A DNA stretch of 64,000 nt, taken from contig NC_134029.1 of NCBI RefSeq assembly GCF_964204645.1, positions 11,248,850-11,312,849 on the forward strand. Reading direction: 5' to 3'. Both the position numbers and the translations under genes were made by a program. How positions within the stretch are numbered: the first letter of the stretch is position 1; each line of letters opens with the position of its first letter. The notes beneath the pieces are model-generated. The model did no database searches, was not told the DNA's origin, and saw only the letters and a program-made list of their open reading frames with translations. Below are positions 54,901 to 64,000 of the stretch, in pieces. Source of the stretch: Tubulanus polymorphus (lineage: Eukaryota > Animalia > Nemertea).

Positions 54901-57187
54901 TGTATGGCATTGTGGCGTGCTTTTATTCATTTACTGCAGACGGCGACAGTTGGCATCTCGAGATTCCTCATTAATGGGGTGCATCGCAACAACCAATCAG
55001 AGCTACGCGCACATGCTACGAGTCCCGTCGATGGACTGTTAAGTAACACATTTTCCTTGCCATCTTGTATTCTAAATCTATATTGTATGAAAATAGAAAT
55101 ATTAATTTGAAAATATTTTGCATTCTAAAATGGATTTTTGGTGCACCAGTGCTTATTTTGTTGAATAAAACGTGTGTATGAATATTCGGATGAATTTTAC
55201 GCACTACCCATTTTATATGCATACAGAAAATACCGAACAGGTGAACAAGTATTGTTTAGGATCAGTTCGACACGGCTTGTCCATAGCGATCCCGTCTTCG
55301 TATGGGCATCGTGTGGGGAGAATGAGCATTGTCGCATGGACAGTAAATACGAGTAAAAACAAACGACAAAATTTATATCAGCAACTTTTAATGGCTACCA
55401 CCGTAACACAACAACAACAATGCGCGTGCGCAAAGGAGGCATGACAGAAGCATGTCGGGAACTATAAATGAGGCGGTAAATTCAAACTTGAATTAAACAT
55501 AAACTTTCCCGACACACTCCGGCCACGCGTTTATACAACTGAACATGTAATACAACATAACATTAGTCAAGTGATTGCTCTTTTATGCGTTCCATCGCCC
55601 GTATAGCAGCAGCACGTTTGGGTCTTGCAGCTGCTGACACTGGTTGATCGTTAACCCGATCGAAAATCACATCTCGTTCCTTTTCATCACACGACATCTC
55701 GAGCGGGTACAGCGGCGATACAGGGCGATTTGTATAACCCTGACTCGTTCTAATACCGGCGACTCGAACTACGCCATCGGGCATTGGGTCCCGGGTATAG
55801 TCTTGTCACAACTGCCATCTTCCAATACAGACGGTCTGTATTGTCTGCGTGCACCAGTACAATCTCACCAACCTCGCACAACTACTCCGACGAGGAACGG
55901 TCAAGCTCATAAAAAATGAAAAAATAAATTCTCGCACACTCGAATTTATTTTTATTTTTTACTCGCCCGCCCCTTCAACCTTTGATATGAACCCCCATTA
56001 TCCCTATTTATTACTCTTAAAATTAAATCTAATAAACTAGATTTACAGTTATATTTAGATCAACTGGTTAAAGCAAAGACATTTGTTGAATTATGGAATA
56101 GTATTTCACAGAATCAACCACAATTCTGAGGTTTAAATCAGTGGTTAGAAAACCGGCAACTCTATTTGAGCCTTGTATGTATATAATACATAGTTTTTGC
56201 TTACTAAAACATCTGTTACATTTCAATTGTAAAGAATTGATTTCATTATGCCTATAAATTCACAGCTGTCAAGCGTTTCCATGACGCCAGACATGTTGAG
56301 TCATAATAAACCGCAGATGCATAAGATCATTCTGGAAGGCGCGCCCGAACTGAATAGATGATGTATACAGAACTCATAGGATATTCTATCTCGAAACGCA
56401 ATTACGAGTTTACAGTTTACAGTTCTAAATCTAAATGTAAGTACCGTTTTTTGTAGTTATCATGAAGTAGGGAAAGGGGGCTATTAAATATGAAACCTTT
56501 AAATATATTTATATTTAGTATATACTTTAGATAGCTAGAGTAACCACTAATATCTTTTAGATTAATAAAATGTCATACGCATCAAGAAGCGATAGAGAAA
56601 CTCAAGATACTCTTTCTGAGGAATCGATAGCAATGGATATCGAACCAATAGAAATTGGCGTAGAAGCACAAGAAACACAAAAGATCAACGAAGAAACTAT
56701 ATAAGAATTTAAAAAACATTAAGACTACTCCAAAAATTCCAATGATTAAATTTAACATTTGTTGATGTAGTTAAATATCTACCGACAATTGAAAAAATGT
56801 TTGTAATTATAAATTGTATTTATAGAAATCAAATGATGTATTGGATGAAACGACCGAACATGCATGCGTATTGATCAAAAGGGCGCCTGTATGCCCGCTT
56901 TTGATCAGTGCGCATGCGTTTGAATTTTCTATGTTCGGTCGTTTCAATTTTACAAAATAAATATATAATTATGATAGGCGCATGCGTATTAAGCAAAAGC
57001 GCACCTGTATGCCCGGTTTTGCCCAGTGCGCATGCGGCACGGATATTGCAAATGGTATGATTTTGATATCAAGGAACCGAAATGACTTATCAAAAGCAGC
57101 GAGGAATGAAAAAGGATGACGTTAGTCGAAGAAATGGAAGAGGATTCTAAAATGTTAATCAATTTTTAATAAAAATATATATTATAA

Positions 57188-57887
57188 ATGGAGCCGGAAC
57201 AATCACAAACTCTCAATATTACAAACAATACTGGCGTTATAAATATTTATCAGAAGACATGTTCTAAATGTAAAATAAATAAACAACTCTCGGAATATTA
57301 TAATTATAAAACTCAGAAAGATGATAAGCAAAGTTATCGTAAAACGTGTAGTAAACTAAGTGACAAACAAAATTATAGAAATAATACTGAAACACGCAAA
57401 GATAAAAATAAGCAATGGAAAGAAAATAATAGAGAACATTATAATGAGTATATAAAATAAATATCATAAAGAAAGATATCAAACAGATCTAAATTTTAAA
57501 ATGAAACAATGTTTGAGAAATAGATTATCAAAATTATTCAGTAAAGAAACGCATTCAGAAACACTAACAAATTTATTGGATTGTTCAGATGAATTTCTCA
57601 AATCATGGATTATATATCAGTTCGACGATAAAATGAATATAGATAATTATGGCGAATACTTTCATATTGATCATGTGTTACCGATATCTAAATTTAACAT
57701 GAAGGATGAATACAATAAAAAACTAATTTGGAATTGGAAGAATCTAAGACATCTTGAAAAGAAAGAAAATAAAATTAAACATGACAAACTAGATTTACAG
57801 TTATATTTAGACCAGTTAACAAAGGCAAAGAAATTTATTGATCAATGGAATAATGATCCAAATAATGAACAATACGTTGAGTCTTAA
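57188..57887 (+). pseudogene. HNH/endonuclease VII-like protein, frameshifted (copy 2)
   Basis: Identical to 32540-33239. Confidence 0.8.
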
Positions 57888-58134
57888 ATAAGTGGTTAAA
57901 GATTAATATATCTCAAATAAAAAATATTTAAAAAACAATAACTTCAACTAGCTAGTGAATTCTATTATAATTTTAATATTTTCTTTTGCAATTCTTGTTA
58001 ACACTAGATTAAATAGATTTTGATAAGATTCGAATAGAAATTCTTTATTTTAACTAAGCTTGTATTTAAAATTCTTTAACTTAACTAGCTAGTATTAAAA
58101 TATTATATTTTTTTCGCTTTTTTCTCCTATATAA

Positions 58135-58744
58135 ATGTCAAAGAAATCTAATAAGAATAGTATTAATATTGAAAAAACATTAGATGATTTGGGCATTAGT
58201 GATAATAAGGATATTCCAACCAAAATTAAAAAATAATATTAATTGTAATATTGATTATGAATACTACTTATATTGTAAGCACCATCTTGAATTACTAATT
58301 GCTAGCGGAAAGTGTAAGCAATTTTTAACTAAGATTATTAATTTTCAAGAACTAGATGCCATGAAACCAGATAAAGTAATAAAATATTTTAAGATTTATG
58401 AAGAGTCAAGATTAGCTAGAATAAATGATTCTATTTCAGATGGTATTGTCATTTGTTGTTCAAAATTATGTAACCGGTTAATGTCAATTGATGATGAAAA
58501 TAAATTATATAGTGATTTGAAAAATGACTACTTAGTTATGAGTGAATTACAAAAATGGGTCGGATACGCTTCATTCCAATTAGGATCGGTTATGACATTA
58601 ATTTCTACTGGTGTCATAACATTTTCGAATATCAAGCCTATGGAATATAAATCAGGTAAGAACGAAACAGATGGGGCCGTACGACACCCAAACGGTGAAA
58701 CAGAAAATGAATCCGAACAAAAATTAACTAGAATAAATGAGTGA
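58135..58744 (+). pseudogene. Conserved Polinton hypothetical protein (copy 2)
   Basis: Identical to 33487-34096. Confidence 0.65.
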
Positions 58745-59120
58745 TGATGTTGCCGTACGGCACCCACACGGTGATGCCAAGAAAAAGCCTAGATCCGAGA
58801 AACAAATTAAATGGGCAAGAGAATTAGATAAAAGATCTGCAGAATTAAAAAAAGCTAAGAAAAAGAAAGGAACTGATATAAATGAATCACCTGATATTAA
58901 TTCAAATAATAATCCATCTAATGCTTCTAATGCTGGAAGTAATAATAAATTATATATTACAATTGGATAAGTAACAGTTATTATATTCTCTGGTGTAATA
59001 TATAAATATAAGTATAAATCTGATGATAATGATTCCGATGATCGGAAACCTATTATACCAGAAAATAAATCAAATGATTAAGTCATTGAAACTAAATCTA
59101 AATTATTATTAATGGATTAA
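58737..59120 (+). pseudogene. Small basic/transmembrane Polinton protein (copy 2)
   Basis: Open for 77 aa, then in-frame stops; GGA at 58869 where copy 1 has TGA. Confidence 0.6.
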
Positions 59121-59126
59121 AATAAG

Positions 59127-60238
59127 ATGAAAAAAGAACAATATTTAAGAGAGTTATATTATAACCCAGAAAGTGAAGTATCATATTCTAGCGTTTCAGA
59201 ATTATGGGATAAAATTAAATCTGATAAAGAAAATGGTGCCGTATGGCACCCACATGGTGATATAAATATAGTGAATTAAGATTATGGTTACAAAATCAAC
59301 CAACATATCAAATCCATAAGAAAATGGACAAAACTTATTTAACAAGAAAAGTTATGGTTTCATATATCGATCAACAATGGCAAGCAGATTTAATTGACAT
59401 GAAGAACTTAGAAGAACACAACAAAGGATATTTCTGGATATTAAATGTTATAGATATATTCAGTAGATACGCATGGTCAATTCCAATCAAAAATAAAACT
59501 GGTATAGAAGTTACAAATGCTTTTTAAGAATATATTTAAAGAAGCTATTCCAGGTAAGATACAATTTGATGAAGGTAAGGAATTCTATAACAAACATTTT
59601 AAAAAACTATTATCTGATAACGATGTAGAATATTTTTCAACACACTCAGATAAAAAAGCATCTATTATAGAAAGGTTTAATAAAAAATTGAAAACTAGAA
59701 TGTGGAAATATTTTACTGCTAATGAAACATATAAATATATCGATGTGTTAGATGATTTAGTGAAAGATTATAATAATTCTAAACATAGTTCTATAAATAT
59801 GAAACCTATACAAACTAGAAAAGAAGATAATTCAGAAATAGTTTGGAATAATTTATATGGTGCGTTTGTTACACATGATTTTGGAGAACATAATTTAAAA
59901 TAGGGCAACATGTAAGAATATCTAAATATCGAAAAACATTTTATAAAGGTTATACCCCAAATTTTACTGAAGAAATATTCAAGATTAAAAAGATAATATT
60001 ACCTAAACCATTTTTGTATAAATTAGAAGATTTAAAAGATGAAGAAATATTAGGTTATTTCTATGAACAAGAATTATCACTTGTACCAAATCCAGATGAA
60101 ATAGAATACAAAATAGAAAAGTATTGAAAACAAAAACTCTTAAAAGGAAAAAAGTATTCTTTGGTGAAATATAAAGGGTATGATGATAAATTTAATGAAT
60201 GGATTTTATCTAGTAAAATTAAAAGAATAAATGAATAA
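59127..60238 (+). pseudogene. Polinton rve integrase with chromodomain, frameshifted (copy 2)
   Basis: Identical to 34479-35590; DDE motifs present. Confidence 0.93.
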
Positions 60239-60842
60239 AGATTTATTTATATTTGAACCGCATAATATGTTAGTTACTGGAGTAACCAACTGTGGTAAAA
60301 CACATTTCATATTAGATTTGCGAGAAACTATTTATAAGAATCATTTTGATAATATAATATTATTCTGTCCTACTTATGAAATGAATAAAACATATAATAG
60401 AGATATAGTTAAGATAAAAAAGTTTATTATATTAGATCCTAAAACAGTAAAAGAAAATTTAGATAATTGTATTAAAATAGCAATTGATATTTATAAAGGA
60501 TCAAATACATTATTCATTATAGATGATTGTGCAAATTTACATGATTCAAAAGTGAGAGAAAGTGAGTTATGTTATCTAGCTTTCTCTGGGAGACATTTTG
60601 GGATAACAACATGGGTTTTAAATCAAAAATATAATTCAATTGTTAAAGACTTTAGGGAGAATATAAGATTTCTAGTTTTATTCTACAATAAAGATAGAAA
60701 AGCTATGCAACAATCATCGGTAGAAAATCAAATTATACCTACTGAATTACATGATGAATATATGAATAAATCAAAGAATAATAAAGGTTCAAAATTATTA
60801 CTGAGGCTTCAATTTCCATATGACTATAAGTTTATAAAATAA
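60231..60842 (+). CDS. A32/FtsK-like viral DNA packaging ATPase (intact ORF, 203 aa)
   Basis: Walker A GVTNCGKT, Walker B LFIIDDC, FSGRHFGITTWVLNQ, FRENI. Confidence 0.92.
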   Translation: MNKDLFIFEPHNMLVTGVTNCGKTHFILDLRETIYKNHFDNIILFCPTYEMNKTYNRDIVKIKKFIILDPKTVKENLDNCIKIAIDIYKGSNTLFIIDDCANLHDSKVRESELCYLAFSGRHFGITTWVLNQKYNSIVKDFRENIRFLVLFYNKDRKAMQQSSVENQIIPTELHDEYMNKSKNNKGSKLLLRLQFPYDYKFIK

Positions 60843-61190
60843 GGTATTTTAAGTATTAATGTATTAGATACGTATTAGATATGTATTAGATACATTAATA
60901 CTTAAACCCCCCCTTTTTAAAATAAATATTATTTATACAATTTTCAACCAATATATTTTTATTTTTTCAACTAATATATGAATAAGTTTGAAAATAATAA
61001 AGGTTATTTATTATTACTGAGGTTTCAATATAAATTTTTTTCAAAATTATAATTTAAGGTATTTTCAAATAATACATATTAGATATGTATTAGATACGTA
61101 TTAGATATGTATTAGATATGTATTAGATACATAAATACTTAAAACCCCTTTTTTATTAACTATTATTTTATACAATTTTCAACTAATATA
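60777..61190. repeat. Local diverged duplication (about 220 bp x2) containing a GTATTAGATAY 11-mer minisatellite (x3 and x5)
   Basis: aataataaaggtt...ttattactgagg...aaggtatttt...(gtattagatay)n...atacttaaa...tttatacaattttcaac occurs twice. Confidence 0.85.
60848..60906. terminator. Perfect 17-bp-arm hairpin directly after the ATPase stop (candidate 3'-end signal)
   Basis: tttaagtattaatgtat (60848-60864) / atacattaatacttaaa (60890-60906), between convergent gene blocks. Confidence 0.45.
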
Positions 61191-61981
61191 TTATGTGCGT
61201 GTTAGATAATTATCATTACTATCTGAATCACTTTCATCATACCCTAACAATTTAATCAAACTCTCTACCGAATCATCATTAAATTCTTCATTATAATCCT
61301 TTTTCATCCTATCTGCCGCATAATCAATTTTTTCGACTACTTTACGTTTCGTCCAATCTATATAATCTTCATTATCAATATGCTTTCATTGTCATCTTTC
61401 TTAGTGTGTGACTCCAACATTTCATTTACAATGTTTGATCCTAATATTTTTTTAGCAGCAGATAAATCTTATTCATCATTACTAGGTTCCTTAGATAAAA
61501 ATTCACCTAATGAATCTTTATATAAATCTTTACCATTTACTTTTTTATTTGAAACAAACTTTGATATATATCGATATGGGTGTTCTATAAGTTCTCTTAT
61601 ACCAACACGCTCTATTACATTAGTCATATGTGAAGCTGTATTCATATGATTATTCCAATTTGATTGACTGTTTGAAAATTCACCTTTACAGTAGCCACAA
61701 TAATTTCTATTTTCACTTATATTTAATATTATTTCATTATTTGATGTAGAAGGTAAAACATTATTTGATGTAGAATGTAAAACATTATTATCAATTTCAT
61801 TACTTAAATTATCAGCAACTTCACTTTTATTATTATCGATTTCTATTAGTTCAGTTTTATAATTTTTGAAAATAGGATCAAATATCAAAGCTATATTACG
61901 AGGTATTATATAATATAAGCCATCATTATTTTCATGTTTATCGATGTATGGAATATGTTTATTTACTTTACCTGCATCCAT
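61191..61981 (-). pseudogene. Polinton accessory protein with C2H2 (matrin/U1-like) Zn finger; premature stop at 61469 and a later frameshift
   Basis: YCGYCKGEFSNSQSNWNNHMNTASH; coding-like acidic continuation to about 61191; internal NNVL(H/P)STS x2. Confidence 0.6.
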
Positions 61982-62013
61982 TTATTATAAATTTTTTTAT
62001 TAAAATTAAAATT

Positions 62014-63269
62014 CTAATACATAACACTATTTAATTGAGAATTTACAATATTTAATTGTGCGTCAGATATAATATAAATTTGCATTTTGAAATTTAAGCT
62101 TCCTTTTTTCTTTGTCTTGAATAACTGTATTCCATCTTTAGTGTTCTGTAATTTTTTTCCAGAACCATGTAATAAGTTATCCTCTGTTGTTCTAAAATCT
62201 AACCATAGTGCATATTTATTACCGGTATAATAATCAATTTGATTAATATTACAATTTTCAGATGATTTTACGTTTTCATTCACAAAATGTTTTCTAATTT
62301 CTGGCCACTGATCTATCATTCTCATTCCTTGACAAAATATTTTATTTGCTATTCCTTCGATAGTAATTTCTACTTTTGTTATTTCAGGATTATAATACTT
62401 ATCGACCTGTATTGTGCCATTAGAATATGTTGCAATTGTGAAAAATATTAATATACCTTTAATAGATCTTCTTGGGAAGTTAATATTCTCATTAATTATT
62501 TCATCACGTGCATTAATAGCTACAGTTTTAAATTTATCAATTTAATCATATAATAATGAAAATCCTTGATTGTATTGAGTTTGAATTGTGTTAGCAATAT
62601 TTTCATCAGTTACTGTATCATATTCTAAACATATATTCGATAATTTATAACCCATATCTTTAACAACACTAGATAATACAATTTCATTTACAGGAGCAAA
62701 TGTTATTTCGAATATAACATCTTCTTGAATTGCGTATTTATATAAAGGTGCATTATTATTTATCAATTCAAACTCTAATGGAATTTGATATTTGCTTCCA
62801 TAAATCTTTTTAATCAAATTATCTACGTCATTAGTTACTACTGCATTATTAGCTTCTGATCTGAAAGAGTTAATTTATTTTGATTTTCTGATTGGATGCC
62901 TTGGAAAATCATATTATTTCTATTTTCTTTAGTTAACCATAAATCTTTATAATGCATAGATAAATTAAAATCATCTAATGAGAAAACTGTTTCTGGACCA
63001 ATCTTTATAGTTAATTTTTTAATCAAATATCTTCCAACGTTATCAACAACATAATTATTATTATTACCAGTTACTTTTATATCGGCTGATAAATAAATAC
63101 TATTTGGACCATAAAAAGTATTTTGTGTTAATCTGGGGATTCTAACATATAAAGTTTCATCGGGATTAATATTAGAAGGATTATGAGTAATTATATGATG
63201 TGATCTTTCTGCTTTAATAGCATTAGATATTCTATGATTCTTAGAAGGATTTATATAACTCCCACTCAT
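62014..63269 (-). pseudogene. Major capsid protein (double jelly-roll, hexon-like) of Polinton/adintovirus; frameshift near 62860 and in-frame stop at 62542-62544
   Basis: THNPSNINPDETLYVRIPRL, YKLSNICLEYDTV, NINFPRRSIKGILIFF, YNPEITKVEITIEG, KYALWLDFRTTEDNLLHGSG, IISDAQLNI; about 420 codons reconstructed. Confidence 0.88.
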
Positions 63270-63288
63270 TTATTTAACAAAAAATTAA

Positions 63289-64000
63289 TTATCTATTTTT
63301 TATCATATTCACTAACCCAAAAATAATAGCACTTACAACTGTAATTAAAAATAAAATAATATGTTCAGCAGCAAAGTTAAGAATATTCCCAGCAGATTTC
63401 AATATAAAACCAACAATTGATGCAATAACTCTGGGTAAAGCTGCAGCAGATGTTTTAGATAGTTCCCATAAATATTTTGCTAATTTTTTAAACCATCCTT
63501 AACTTTATCTTGTATAGAATTATTTTCATTCGGGGGTTTATCTGGTTTATTAGGATTTGGTGTAGATTTCAGTGAATTTGATATAGCTAAACCATTTGTT
63601 GTAAATACCATAGTTACAGCTGTTAGAATTGAAAGAATTGTTATACCTTCTAATTTAAATAACAATTTTATTCTATCTTTCAATGATATTTCAGAATCTG
63701 GTTTTATTATTAAATCTTTAAAAATAACTTTTAATTTTCTAATATGATTAAGATCATATGATTTTAATAATATATCTCTTTCTTTTTCCTGAAATTCTTT
63801 GTTATATTTTAAATCATCTATTTCTTTTTCTAAAGCTAACTTTCTGCTTTCATAAACAGCTTCCTCTATTACTTGAAGATCTCTATTTAATTCTAATTTT
63901 TTTAATTCTTCATTTGCATTAGTTAATTCTTTTTCTAACATGGTTATTTTAGAAAATCTCATCTTAATATTAGCAATTTCACCAGCTGATTCTTGCATAC
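63289..64000 (-). pseudogene. Coiled-coil plus amphipathic/transmembrane Polinton protein upstream of the capsid gene, 5' end outside window, frame change near 63485
   Basis: Coiled coil, then SLKDRIKLLFKLEGITILSILTAV...; the -1 frame continues LAKYLWELSKTSAAALPRVIASIVGFILKSAGNILNFAAEHIILFLITVVSAIIFGLVNMIKNR*. Confidence 0.7.

Larger units (their letters stand above)
36140..60785 (+). repeat. Tandem segmental duplication, copy 2 (lacks 10791-12275, which is replaced by 8-bp filler tggaataa at 36916-36923)
   Basis: Direct comparison of the two junctions; one substitution noticed (T34221 vs G58869). Confidence 0.97.
55909..64000 (+). mobile_element. Endogenous Polinton/Maverick (adintovirus-like) element, decayed, continues past the window
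   Basis: HNH, integrase and ATPase on +; Zn-finger protein, major capsid protein and membrane protein on -; pPolB, penton and protease not seen in window. Confidence 0.93.

Noticed and set aside
57880-63300. Poxvirus early terminators TTTTTNT after several viral genes
   Set aside because: Present (e.g. after the HNH, ATPase and membrane-protein genes) but too frequent by chance in such AT-rich DNA to count as evidence without statistics.
55909-64000. Active, intact virus or bacterial/phage contamination
   Set aside because: Integrase, MCP, HNH and others carry frameshifts or stops. The gene set is Polinton-type and is joined to animal DNA through a BEL/Pao junction and a shared duplication.

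Overview
AT-rich animal genomic DNA, probably from a marine invertebrate (host inferred from repeat style only). Three layers are visible. (1) The middle and 3' part of a spliced FIP1L1/Fip1 gene (CPSF subunit) lies on the + strand: 12 phase-consistent exons from 2935 to the stop at 27280, with introns full of MITEs, Helentron-associated elements, a tRNA-SINE and a LINE remnant. (2) Downstream, a BEL/Pao LTR-retrotransposon remnant abuts a decayed endogenous Polinton/Maverick (adintovirus-like) virus. It encodes an HNH nuclease, two conserved hypotheticals, a chromodomain rve integrase, an A32/FtsK packaging ATPase, a Zn-finger protein, a major capsid protein and a coiled-coil/membrane protein, and runs off the right edge. 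(3) A near-identical head-to-tail duplication of about 26 kb (10015-36137 repeated at 36140-60785) carries a 1485-bp internal deletion and short filler bases at both new junctions. It copies the last 7 FIP1L1 exons and the left half of the virus. Most notable: poxvirus-late-like TAAATG starts on most viral genes, a hairpin after the ATPase stop, and a 24-bp palindromic element inserted in frame into three different viral genes. All identifications come from motif recognition by eye; no database searches were run.
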